Shown: piece by piece, positions 11,920 to 23,530 of the stretch
Position numbering within the stretch: the stretch's first letter is position 1
Layout of the letters: every line of letters begins with the position of its first letter
Origin: Carcharhinus amblyrhynchos
Taxonomy: Eukaryota
DNA length: 64,000 nt
Reading direction: 5' to 3'
Assembly: GCA_965287045.1 (NCBI GenBank)
Contig: OZ336873.1
Location: 110,546,001 to 110,610,000 of the forward strand
Position numbers and translations under genes: made by a program
Notes under the pieces: generated by a model
What the model was told of the DNA's origin: nothing
The model's input: only the letters and a program-made list of their open reading frames with translations
The model's database searches: none

Positions 11920-12890
11920 GATGCTGAGGGGTCTTGACAGCGTGGATGTGGAGAGGATGTTTCCTCTTGTTTGAGGAGAAACTAGAATTGGGGGGGTTCA
12001 CTGTTTAAAATAAGGGGTCGCCATTTAAAATGAAGATGAGGTTAATTTTTTTCTCTTAGAGGGTCGTGAGCCTTCAGGGGTGAGATTTTCTAGCCATGCA
12101 CACTGCGGGAATCGTGGTGAGCAGGACAAAAAAAATTCAGTGGACCATTTAAATTCCATTGACAACGGCAGGAATTTCTGGTCTTGGGATGCACAGGGCT
12201 GGAAAATCCTGAACTGGAGCTCTGTTTCTAAAAAGCAGAGCCTTTAAATATTTTTAAGGCATAGCTGGATAGATTCTTATGAACCAAGGGGTTGATAGGT
12301 GCTGATTTGAGATTGTTATCAGGTCAGTTTTGATCTTATTAAATGGCGGAGCAGGCTCAAGGAGCTGAATGGCCTATTCCTGCTCCTTGTTTGTGTATAT
12401 GTATTGTGCCTGCACCTGCTTTTTGGAAGGGATGAGATAGTCCCACTTCTCTCTTTCCTACCAGCCCTGGAAATATTTCCTTTCTTAAGTGTAAGCCCCA
12501 TTCTCTTTTGATAGTTACTTTTGAAACTGCTTTCACCAACTTTCCAGGTAATGCATTCCACATCATAACAACATGTGACAGGAAAACATTTCTCCTCATC
12601 TTGCTTTTGTTTTTTTTTTCTCCTTATTTACTCTGTTAAGCTCTTCATAATTTTGAACACCTCTCTTAAATCACCCTTTAACCTTCTCTGCTCTAAGGAG
12701 AATAAACATTGCTGTTCTATTCTCTTCAAATAAATTAAATCGATCATCTCCTGTACAATTGTAGTAAATCACTTCGGCATCCTTTCTGAGGCCCTGACAT
12801 CCTTTCTAAAGTGTGGTGTCTACAATTGGGCACGATACTTCAGCTGAGGCCAAACCGATAATTTATAAAGGTTTAGCATGTTTTTCTTGC
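11920..12890. mobile_element. Two tail-to-tail CR1 3' fragments (+ 11920-12390 with a MITE insert; - 12400-12890)
   Basis: Typical CR1 3' sequence on each strand; the minus ORF reads MRRNVFLSHVVMMWNALP. Confidence 0.75.
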
Positions 12891-13556
12891 TTTGTCAAAA
12901 AACTGGAAAATTATTTTTCAAGTGGACTACCAGAAAAAGAGATGGAATTTATTGTAGATATCATTTGAATTTGAACAATGCAAACATTTGTCCACAAAAT
13001 TGTTTGTCTTTATCCCTCCCCTGATGAGCTGGGGGAGATGGAGCAGATTTTTCTTTTTACTCTGTTTCAGAAATTATTATTTCACTGAGTGCAGTGAGAA
13101 AGAAAATAGAGTATAGACTTGCCAACTTATCTCCTTAATGTCTACAGGCTTTGAATGATGATGGAGTTGAAGTCGACTGTATGGGTCCCTCCAATTCACT
13201 TATTTTCCAACATTCTCAAATCTCGGTTCACCTGTTACAATATGCAGTGACAGAATCTCCACAGACGGGAAAGAAGAGGGAGAAAACATTGTGGAATAAT
13301 TCACCTTCCCTTTGTTCTACTCCTTTTGAAATACCATTCATGTATATTGACTTTTGATTGCAATATAGGGTCTACGTCTAAAATGCTAAATCATCTCTTC
13401 ACAAATGTCAACTGACATTGAGTATTTCTTGCATTTATTGTTTTTAACTTGGCAACGAGAGCCTCAATTTGCTTGCCCTACATACTCGTCCAGGGTGCTG
13501 AGGCCAATTAGAGTACCACTGGCCAAGTACTAACTACTCTGGTTGGCATCAGCGAC

Positions 13557-14240
13557 AGTAAGAAGTCTCACAACACCAGGTTAAAGTCCAACAGGCTTAT
13601 TTGGTAGCAAATGCCGTAAGTTTTCGGGGCTTTGCCCCCTTCATCAGGTGAGTGGGGAGTTTTGACCACAAACAGGATATAAAAAAAGCACACACTCAGT
13701 TTACAGAATACTGATTAGAACGCGAATCTTTACAGCTAATCAAGTTTTATATGTGCAGACAATGTGAGTGGAGATAGCATTAAGCATAGGTTAAAGAGGT
13801 GTGTATTGTCTCCAGGCAGGACAGTAAGTGAGATGTTGCAAACCCAAGCAAGTCATAAGTAGTGTGACATGAACCCAAGATCCCGGTTGAGGCCATTCTC
13901 ATGTGTGCAGAATTTGGCTGTCAGTTCCTGCTCAGCGACTCTGTGCTGTCGTAAGTCGTGAAGGCCGCCTTGGAGAACGTTTACCCAAAGATCAGAGGCT
14001 GAATGCCTGTGACCGCTGAAGTGCTTGCCAACAGGAAGGGAACAGTCTTGCCTGGTGATCGTTGAGCAGTGTTCATTCATCCATTGCCATAGCGGCTGCA
14101 TGGCCTCCCCAATGTACCATGCCTCGGGACATCCTTTCCTGAAGCGTATCAGGTAGACAACGTTGGCCAAGTTGCAAGAGTTTGTACCGTGTACCTGGTG
14201 GATGGTATTCTCATGTGAGATGATGGCATCCATGTCGATG
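13557..14240 (-). mobile_element. Penelope-like element 3' fragment (GIY-YIG endonuclease plus pseudo-LTR)
   Basis: NVVYLIRFRKGCPEAWYIGEAMQPLWQWMNEH..PVGKHF..NGLNRD; terminal cctgttggactttaacctggtgttgtgagacttcttactg. Confidence 0.92.
13610..13655 (-). ncRNA. Minimal type I hammerhead ribozyme motif in the Penelope pseudo-LTR, probably degenerate
   Basis: CAC-CUGAUGA-AG-GGGGC-AAA-GCCCC-GAAA-ACUUA: core boxes plus a perfect 5-bp stem II. Stems I and III are imperfect. Confidence 0.7.
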
Positions 14241-14954
14241 TCAATCCATGTCAGCTAAGGCAGCTCAGAATGGGATTTGATAATGGTCCAGTTCTTTCAG
14301 TTGGAGCCAAGCATTTGCCCATGAGGTAGGTGAACGGGCGATTAAATACTTGGCAAGATCCATAATCAACAATCTTGAAGGGTTGCGCTTGGTCTTAAAA
14401 AGCAGTGATCTCAATGACCAGGAACATGATCTTGGTTGATTTTTCTTTTCTTACATGAATATCTCTCCCCTGCACTTCCTCCACCCCCTAACCACCTACA
14501 CAACTTGTACAAGGATCAGATAATTGTCATAAATCATGAGATTAAATTGGAGTTCCCTTGATCAGTGTGTCTTGATATCATACCGGGCACTTACCTAAAG
14601 AGCCAGTACAATTATACCCAGAACGTTCTCTAAATTAAAATCAGATTCCTTTACTGATTGGCTTTTCCTCTCTGGAGTTTCTCTACAAGCCAAGACTTCT
14701 ATTTTTTGAGATTCTTTTGTGTGTGCACAAAACTATTGGAAAATGGGAATGACAGCAAATTCTGAATTTATAGTAAATTAACCAAAACTCATAGGATTTG
14801 GGTTCTGAAAATCTTTGGTATTTTTTGTGTGTGAAATAGTGAAATGGAAACTTGGGGCTGATACAAATTTTCACTTTCTTTTTGAGCTGGAGAAAGGAAT
14901 GGCAGTTTTGATTTCACCTCATTCTGGCTTGTATTAACAGAAGACCATTCACTC

Positions 14955-15592
14955 AGATAGATGGGGTCAAAGTAGAAAGAGTCGAGAACTTCAAGTTTTT
15001 AGGTGTCCAGATCACCAACAATCTGTCCTGTCCTTCTGTGCTGACACTATAGTTAAGAAAGCCCACCGATGCCTCCACTTTCTCAGAAGACTAAGAAAAT
15101 TTGACATGCAAGCTACGACTCGCACCAACTTTTACAGATGCATCATTCTTTCTGGTTGTATCACAGCTTGGTATGGCCCCTGCTCTACCCAACACCGCAA
15201 GGAGCTACAAAAGGCCGTGAATGTAGCAAACCAGCCTCCCATCCATTGACTGTGTCTACACTTTCCGTTACCTCGGCAAAGCAGCCACCATTGTTAAGGA
15301 CCCTGCGCACCCTGGGCATTCTCTCTTCCATCTTCTTCCGTTGGGAAAAAAGATACAAATCTCTGAGGTCATGTACCAACATGAACAGCTTCTTCCCTAC
15401 TGCATCAGACTCTTGAATGGACCTATTTTGCATTAGGTTGATCTTGCTCTTCACCTTAGCTATGGCTGTAACAGTACTACCTGGACTCACTCGTTTCCTT
15501 CTCTATGAATGTAATGCATTGTCTGTTTAGTATGCAAGAAACAATACTTTTCACTGTATGCTTATACATGTGACTCAAATCAAATCAATCAG
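14955..15592 (+). mobile_element. Rex1/Babar-type LINE 3' fragment
   Basis: Colinear with 8555-9222; CAAAT tail. Confidence 0.87.
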
Positions 15593-16332
15593 AATCAAAG
15601 AAGCACAATCATTTATGCCTCTATTTCAAAAGGACAAGAATCTGTTAGCATTTTCACTTGATTTTATCGAGTTAACTTGGATTTTGCCATTTTAAATTAT
15701 CACATAATTTATTACACAGAATAAAATTGCTCCAAAACAACAAACTGGTTTTAATTTGTGACCAATTAAACTATTGGACTGTAACAAAAACTCAATGCAT
15801 AAGTGATGGCTGAATAGTTGAGGCACTATCTGTCCTCAATGAAAAAATAAACATGCAAAATAATTTGTTTTATTGACAAAAGAAGGCTTGCAAAATTCCA
15901 AGCCCCAGCAGAAACAGGGTGTTTAGCTCCCACATGAATACAAACCATTTCAAAGGCAGATCTGAAATTCTAATCGTGCAGGAGCTGCAGTCAAATATTT
16001 AACCCATTGACTTTATATTACATGCCTGAAATTGGTTTGGTGTTCCTTCTGCCAAAGATGCAGTATAATGTGGAAAAATCTAGTATCAAGACCAAATGGA
16101 CGAAGTGATCTGGTGCCAGCGAGGATGAAAATGAACTTTGTTACTAAGTAAACTAATGCAAAACCCTAGCAAAAACTATGGATTTTCACATGAAAAGAAA
16201 CTTGCACTTATGTGGTGCCATTCATTATTTCAGAGCACCCAAAGAAGTTCACAGTTAATTATTTACTTCAAAAGTGGCGGCACAGTGATTAGTACTGTTG
16301 CCTCACAGCACCTGGGACCTGGTTCAGTTCTC

Positions 16333-17429
16333 AAAGAACAAAGAACAGTACAGCACAGGAAACAGGCCCTTCGGCCCTCCAAGCCTATGCCACACATTGG
16401 TCCAACTAGACCATTCGTTTGTATCCCTCCATTCCCAGTCTGCTCATGTGACCATCCAGGTAATTCTTAAACGATGCCAGCATGTCCGCCTCCACCACCC
16501 TACTTGGCAGCGCATTCCAGGCCCCCACCACTCTCTGCATAAAAAATGTCCCTCTGATATCGGAGTCATACCTCGCCCCTCTCACCTTGAGCCCATGACC
16601 CCTCGTGATTGTCACCTCCGATCTGGGGAAAAGCTTCCCACTATTCACCCTGTCTATACCCTTTGGATGTGAGAGGAAGGTTCTTTACGCAGAGGGTTGT
16701 GGGGGTATGGAACACGCTACCGAGTAGGGTGGTGGAGGCAGGAACGTTGGACTCGTTTAAGGTTCAGTTAGACAGACACATGAGTGAAACGAGGATGGAG
16801 GGTTATAGTAGGGGCTATTAAATAAGGTCAGAACCTCGGGAGGCACCGGAAATGCAGACTTGTAAGTTAACGTTTTTGTCTTTTTATTCCGCAGGTGGAG
16901 GTCCACCTTGTTGTCAAACGAGGGGCATGCACACGGTGGGTCGTGCGTGGGCTGCTCTTGGAGGTTCCGGGAGTGGCCTAGTACTTTGTGTCGGTGTGTG
17001 TGCTTGATCGTGGACCGGTAGACAGGCGCCGCAACAGCTCGGTGACTAACACTGCTAGCTGTGCAGATACATGGATTTGGGCCTGTGTCTGTGGGAGTTT
17101 GCGCATTCTCCCTGTGGTTGCGTGGGTTTCCTCTGGGCGCTCCGGTTTCCTCCCACACCCCAAAGATGTGCTCTTAGGCTGATTGGTTTACTAAATTGAC
17201 ACTATTCTCCCCTGAATCTGGCTAAGTTAGGGGTTCCATTCGTAGACACGCAGGGTAGAATAGGTGTAGGGTGATGCGGCGGCGTGGGCTCATTGGGCCG
17301 AAGGGCCTGTTTCCCGTGCTGGGTTGTTCTTTGTTCTTTGTTTAATAATTTTGTACACCTCTGTTAGGTCTCCCCTCATTCTCCGTCTTTCAGGCGAGAA
17401 CACACCCAGTCTACCCAATCTCTCCTCAT
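16333..17429 (-). mobile_element. CR1 3' fragment (16333-16664, 17341-17429), itself interrupted
   Basis: TRGHGLKV..FFMQRVVGAWNALP; TTCTTTG-type tail. Confidence 0.9.
16665..17340 (+). mobile_element. Young, CpG-retaining CR1 3' fragment with a long 3' UTR containing a V-SINE-like core
   Basis: DVRGRFFTQRVVGVWNTLP..EGYSRGY*; UTR of about 520 nt; tail ttgttctttgttctttg. Confidence 0.88.
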
Positions 17430-18175
17430 CGGTAATCGCTCCTCACAGCCTCCCGGCTTGGGTCACTGTATGGAGTTTGCACATTCTCCCTATGTTTGCG
17501 TGGATTTCCTCCAGGTTCTCCAGTTTCCTCCCACAGTCTGAAAGACATGCTGCTTAGGGGCATTGGCTATGCTAAATTCTCCCTCAGTGTACCTGAATTT
17601 TTTTTGCAGTATTAATGTAAGCCAACTTGTGACACTAATGAATAAACTTTAAAATGAATGGTAATATACTCCTAATGGCAAAACTGGCTGCTGAAGCATC
17701 TCTCTTTTTCTCAAATGATCATTGTATTTCCAGATGATCCTTCATTTTGTGTTCATTTGACAAGACAGGGGTCCAGTTTTTGAGACAACGTTTCCAAGGA
17801 CCCAACTCAGCCCACTACCAAAATCCCCCACATACATGGCATCATATACCATAGATGACCATGTTGATTGACATGGATCATGACTTGCCTTCTGCCTGCT
17901 GTGGCTGGCCTCTACCCTTCCATGAGACTCTGTCTCGTTCTGACTTGACAGCTCATGAACAACTCTGCAGTTGGCGTGGTGCAGTAGCCAAGAAGGAAGC
18001 CTGAAACTTTTGGCTCCTCACTGCTTCAGTAGGCCAGACTTAAAAGTTGTGCATCTCACTCCGTCTGTTGGATGCTGGGTGTTAAGGTGCAGCTCTAATG
18101 TACTTTATATTATTGACTGTGGTGAAGTTCTGAAACGCAGCACTTGTAAATTCTGCGCCATTCTCAGACATTATG

Positions 18176-19442
18176 GCTGGTATTTTACGACCTCGCTCAG
18201 GCGATGCTCGTAAAATCCCGCCTGAGATCAACTTAGAATTCCGTTCTGTGACCTGTGCCCATCCAATTCGGGGGCGGGGTGGCGGTAAAATTCTGGCCAA
18301 TGACTTCAGGTATTCTGTGGGTGGAAAAAAATTGACGTGATCTTTCAAGGTAGCATGCAATATTAATGACTTCACCTCAAAATTGTCCATCTGTGATATA
18401 TATATCAGTGCAATTCTCTATGAGAAACATCAATGGGGGCTGTTTAATGGGCTCCCTGTTGGGCGCCACGGCCTCCCCTCATCTCTGAGTCCAGGATATT
18501 GGCGTCATCAGCTCTGTGCCGATTTCTGGCATGGAGCTGAGTTAAATATTAAAGTTCTGATTTTAATATCATTAGTGAGCCTGCGACTGAAGTTTCTGGG
18601 CCTGTTAGCCTCTCACCTCACTGTCAGGAGTGCTTCACTCCAGCGGAGTTTACAACAACTCCCCATTAACATGAAGCTGATGGCCTGACCCCACTGGAAT
18701 GAAGGGAGGCCATGAAGGCCCCCAGCAGATCGGGGTAAGTGGCCCCTGGCCTACAGTGCCAGCCAGGTGCCCAATGTCTAAGGGCATCGTGCAGTGCCAA
18801 GCGGAGCATGGCCGGGGGCGGGTAAAGCCTATTGGGAGGGCCTGTGAGGGGAGATTAGTGGGGGGGGGGGCTGATCCTGCTGCCATTCTGCAGTGAGGAT
18901 CAGTGGCAGAGTGAGGGAAGGGGCTGATTGGGGCTGGCCTTTGGAATGGGGCAGGGGCTACTGGAGCAGGGTCTGGGCTGCCAGGACTGCTGGGGGGTGG
19001 GGTGGGGGGGGTGTTGGGACTGCTGGGGTGGATTGGGGAGATTGAGACTGCAGGCGGAAGGGGAAGTTGGGAGATTGGGACGGCCCAGAGACATCCAGGA
19101 GGTCATTGGAGATGAGGGGATTGGAGAGGCAGCAACGCGGGTTCACAGGGTTGGCCAGTGATCAAGCTGGCCAGGAAGGCTGGCAGTGTGGGGCTACTGT
19201 GCATTCATTGATCTTTGCTATGACAGATTGGCACATGCACAGTGGCCTGCTCAGTGCTATGTTGCCAGCGGGAATAAGCACCACCCACCCACAGATTGTC
19301 AGCCTGAATCTCCCTGAGGTTATCTGCAGTGCACAGAATGTAGGTGATTAATGTTGAAAATCTTGCTGAAGAAAACAGCCAGAGCTACTCCAGTTTTCAT
19401 GCAAATTCAACATTTAGAATTTTTTTGAGAGAATCCTGGCCA
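18176..19442. mobile_element. GC-rich non-autonomous DNA-transposon-like insertions inside the Gypsy integrase
   Basis: Abruptly interrupts the integrase frame; hairpin-rich ends. 18400-18700 is homologous to 63645-64000. Confidence 0.55.
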
Positions 19443-20467
19443 TACATTGTATGTTGAGGTTTTGAGGCTCTTTAAGAGTGCAGGTCAGATGAACTCTGGG
19501 GGATTAGATCGTGCCAGTGTGGAACCTGGTTAAGCAGTCTAGAATCTGATGGAACAGTGCACTGAGTTCCTCAGTAATAAAGTTGCCAAGCCTACTCCAT
19601 GGCTCTTCTTAAACCATCACCAGAATTCTACCACCCCACCTGCCATGGAATTGGAGTGGGCAAGGGGCGGTCAATGGAAATGTCCCTTGACCTTGGGTGC
19701 AAATTTCCGATCTTGTTTGAGCAAATCCATTAAATACCGCCCCATGCATTGACAAGTACATCTTTCACACTATCCACTTGGGAGTGCATCAACAATGAGC
19801 AGAAACATTGTGTCCATGAAAAAACTAACATAATCAATATGAACTCATACTCATGGCCAGCCAGGCCATTCCCAAGAGTGCAGTGGGGCTGCAACAGACA
19901 ATATTTGTTGAAATTGGCACTGTTCACATTGCTTGACTAGGCTCTTGATGTTGGCATCCATGCCAGGTTGCCACTCATAATCTCTGGCAAGCATTTTGTG
20001 AGATGCCCGAATGAGCATTGTGTAATTCTATTAGAAACTACTATCTATCTGGAAAAGGGATGGCTACTCTTGTTCGGATTAGCCATGGTAACAGGGATCG
20101 GGTAGGGGAAAGAGCCTAGGTAAGATATTCTGTCAGAGAGAATCAGTGCAGACTCAATGGGCTCAATGGCCTCCTTGTGCACTGTAGGGATTCTATGATT
20201 CTATGAATCATTGCTCAGAAGGCTTAGTCCTTTGCTGTCACGATGAACACAAGAGGTTGGTCAGGCTGTTGCTGAAAGCCTACAGGTACCATTGCAGTGT
20301 CCACTATTTTTATCATTTCTTCATTGTAAGTTGTTAATTTGGCTGCAATACCCTTCAAATTCAATGGCTAAACTCAAATACCGGTATGCATGCTCACATA
20401 TTACAGTCAGTGATCCCCCAGAACCAACCAAAGAAGCTTCCCATATCCCCAGATCATTACAGTAATG

Positions 20468-20785
20468 GGTGGCATTGTGGCACAGTGGTTAACACTGCTG
20501 CCTCACAGCACCAGGGACCAGGTTCAATTCTGGCCTTGGGTCACTGTCTGTGTGGAGTTTGCATGCTCCCCTGTGTTTGCATGTGTTTTCTTTGGGTACT
20601 CCAGTTTCTTCCCACAGTGCAAAGATGTGCAGGTTAGATGGATTGGCCATGCCACACTGCCTCTTAGTGTCAGGGGGATTAGTGGGATGGATACATGTGG
20701 TTGCGGGGATGGGATTATTGTTGGTGCAGGCTCGATAGGCCGGATGGACTTCTTCTGCACTGTAGGGATTCGATAGGATTCTATA
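20468..20785 (+). mobile_element. HE1/V-SINE-type SINE
   Basis: gtggcacagtggttaacactgctgcc head, V core and tail. Confidence 0.9.
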
Positions 20786-21919
20786 AATAACTCATCTGCT
20801 TTTATATTAAATAGTGAGCAAATATTTAAACCATTGGAGCTAGATTCTTCTACATTGTATCCTGGTGACGCATTGTTTAATTGGCTACTTGGTATACTTG
20901 ACTTGGCTCTGCACCTATGCCTTAAGAGGCTGCTCCTATGACAAAAGAAAACCACTCAGCCTCCCTTATACCTGTAGAATTCAGTGGTGTGATTATCTCC
21001 ACATCGGAACACTCCACTTCAAACTTTGCTGGATGATTTTCTCTTTTAAAACTCCTTGCCTTATTTGTGGCTGAATTAGTTTCCCACTTTGTGGCTGCTT
21101 TTTCAGTTTTGGCATCAATACTTACTACAGTTTCCCTAATTGTAAATGGCACCATTTTGTGTGCTATGTAACTCTTGTGCACCTTTTTTAAGTGTTTTCC
21201 ATTGCCTGCGTGTTATCTCCATTGTTCTTTAAAATTAACAATGACCACTGCAAGTGATCTCTGTTGAATCACCCCATTATTCACTCCACATGCTAATCTA
21301 TCCTGTCACATATCATTCGATGCTGCTTCAAAATTGCAATGTTCTGATATTTGTTTCAATTTAACGATATCATTCACAATTGCCACACCTGGGCTTTCCC
21401 CCTTTGAATTAAACTTGAATCTCTGGAGTATAACTAATGGTTTAGGCTGGAAACATGACTTCACCAGTTCCACGACCTAACCGAATGATTTGGGGTCGGG
21501 TGTGCTTGAGGCTGTGAGACTGCAAATCAGATTATGAGTTTGGGTTCCATATACACTCAGAAAAATTGCCTTGCGCTTTGCCTCTGCCCCTATTCCATTC
21601 ACTTGGAAGTAATACCACGGTGCTCTATGTATTGTGTCCAGTCCTCCACAGAGGAGTCAAATGGATCTATCTGTCCAAAGAAGGGTATCTCGGTAAATAC
21701 TCGCTCATTTTCTCAAACTCATTCATTTATTACAGATTGAAATTGTACAGAGGCTTGCATCCTTGTGGTTGCAATCAGTTCCCGAGATGACTCTGAGTAC
21801 AGAAGCACACACATACCAGGCTGATCCCCCACTCTGCTCCCTGATTGTTTCCCTGAGTCGTATGGTTGATTGATCCTCAAAGGGACAACAACCATAATTT
21901 CAGAAGTACAACAGTCAAA

Positions 21920-23530
21920 TTTGACACAGTGAGATCACACAAATAGCAGTTTGTCAAATAACCAGATAATCTGTTTATGCGGTTTTTGTTAAGGTATAGA
22001 TTTTGGCCAGGACACTGGGGAGAATTCATCTGCTCTTCTTTGCAACAGCACTGCGGGATATTTTACCTCTCTCTGAGATGGCAGGAAGGTCTTGTTTTAA
22101 TATCTAATTCAAAAGATGACACCTCTGACAGTTCAACACTCTCAGTACTGCACTTGAGCTTTGGCCTAGATCAAAGGGAGCTCTGAGGGAACTGAAAACA
22201 AAGAAAAACCTTGCATTTATTTATTTCATGACCACTCCTCGACATTTCTTTCTTCTACTGAAGCACTTTTGAAGTATAGTCACTGTTGTAATAAAGGAAT
22301 CTCCAGAGCCAATTTTCACATAGCAATGCCCCACAAACAGCAATGTAATAGTAGCCAGATAGTCTGCTTTTTGTGATGTTGATTAAGGTTAAAATATTCG
22401 CTAGGAGAATGCAGGTAGCTCCCCTACTCTTTTTTGATGAGATCTTTTATGTCCTGAGTTGGCAGACTAGGGCCTTGGTTAAACATTTCACCCAAAAGAC
22501 ATACTTAGTTTGCGGATGACACGAAGATTGGTGGAATTGCTGATAGTGCCGGGATTGTCAAAGGACACAACAAGATATAGATAGATTGAAGACTTGGGCA
22601 CAGAAATGGCAGATGGAGTTTAATCCAGACAAATGCTAGGTGATGCATTTTGGAGGATCAAATTTAGGTGTGAGTTATACTGTAAATGACAGAACCCTTA
22701 GGAACATTAACGTACAGAGTGATCTGGGCGTGGAAGTCCACAGTTCCTTAAAAGTGGCAACACAAGTGGCCAAGGTGATTAAGAAAGCATATGGCATGCT
22801 TGTCTTTATCAGCTGGGGCATTGAGTGAAAGAATTGGGAAATCATGTTGCAGCTATATACAAACTTGGTTAAGCTACATTTGGAGTATTGTGTGCAGTTC
22901 TGGTCACCACACTACCAGAAGGACATGGAAGCTTTGTAGAGAGTGCAAAGCCTGGTCTCAAGAGTGTTGGCTATGAAGGGAGGTTAAATAAACTTGGATT
23001 GTTTTCACTGAATAGCCAGAGGCTGAGGGGAGACCTGATAGAGGCCTACAAAATTATGAGAGGCATAGACAGGATGGATAGTAAGATGCTTTATCCAAGT
23101 GTGGAACTGTCAATTATCAGAGTGCACAGGTTTAACGTGAGTGGGGAAAGTTTAAAAGAGATATGCAGGGGACATTTTTCATACAGGATGCGGTGGGTGC
23201 CTGGAATGCGCTGCCAGAGGAGGTGATGGAAGCAGACTCATTAGCATCATTTAAGAGGCATCTGGATGGGTACATGAATAGGGAGGGAATAGAAGGATAT
23301 GGACCGAATAAGGGCAGAAAGTTTTTTATAGTCTATTAGGCCATCATGGTTGGCACAGGCTTGGAGGGCAGAAGGACCTGTTCCTGAGCTGTACTTTTCT
23401 TTGTTCTTTGTCCCACTGAGCCAGAGAGTCAGCCTTGATTTTTTTTTGTGTTCAGGGCCTGGAGCGGGACTTGAACTCAAAACCTTACGACTCAGAAGTG
23501 AGAGGGTTTCTAACTGAGCCACAGCTGACA
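21920..23530 (-). mobile_element. Deu-domain SINE copies (21920-22185; 22200-22500 plus 23411-23530)
   Basis: ttttgaagtatagtcactgttgtaat..cccacaaacagcaatgtaatagtagccagata matches the Deu-domain consensus as recalled. Further decayed copies near 26330-26640 and 36180-36270. Confidence 0.7.
22501..23410 (+). mobile_element. 5'-truncated CR1 inserted in a Deu-SINE
   Basis: FADDTK, WQMEFNPDKC, RLRGDLIEAYKI; ttctttgttctttg tail. Confidence 0.9.

Larger units (their letters stand above)
16274..17650 (+). mobile_element. HE1-type SINE (16274-16332, 17451-17650) interrupted by nested CR1 fragments
   Basis: The SINE head breaks after ggttcagttctc and resumes at tcccggcttgggtcactg. Confidence 0.85.
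17700..21780 (-). mobile_element. Gypsy/Ty3 LTR retrotransposon relic (gag, start of RT, integrase) with internal deletion and later insertions
   Basis: gag 21690-21190: FGQIDPFDSSVEDWTQYIE..KRKAIFLSVYG..FQPKPLVILQRFKFN..HCNF..DRLACG. Integrase 20030-19760: LHNAH..PGMDANIKSLVKQCEQCQ..PLHSWEWP..VHIDY. 18180-18060: SENGAEFTSAAFQNF..IRAAP*HPASN. Confidence 0.88.

Noticed and set aside
13071-13357. Plus-strand acceptor at 13070 and 68-aa ORF
   Set aside because: All three frames close soon after the acceptor, and there is no good donor.
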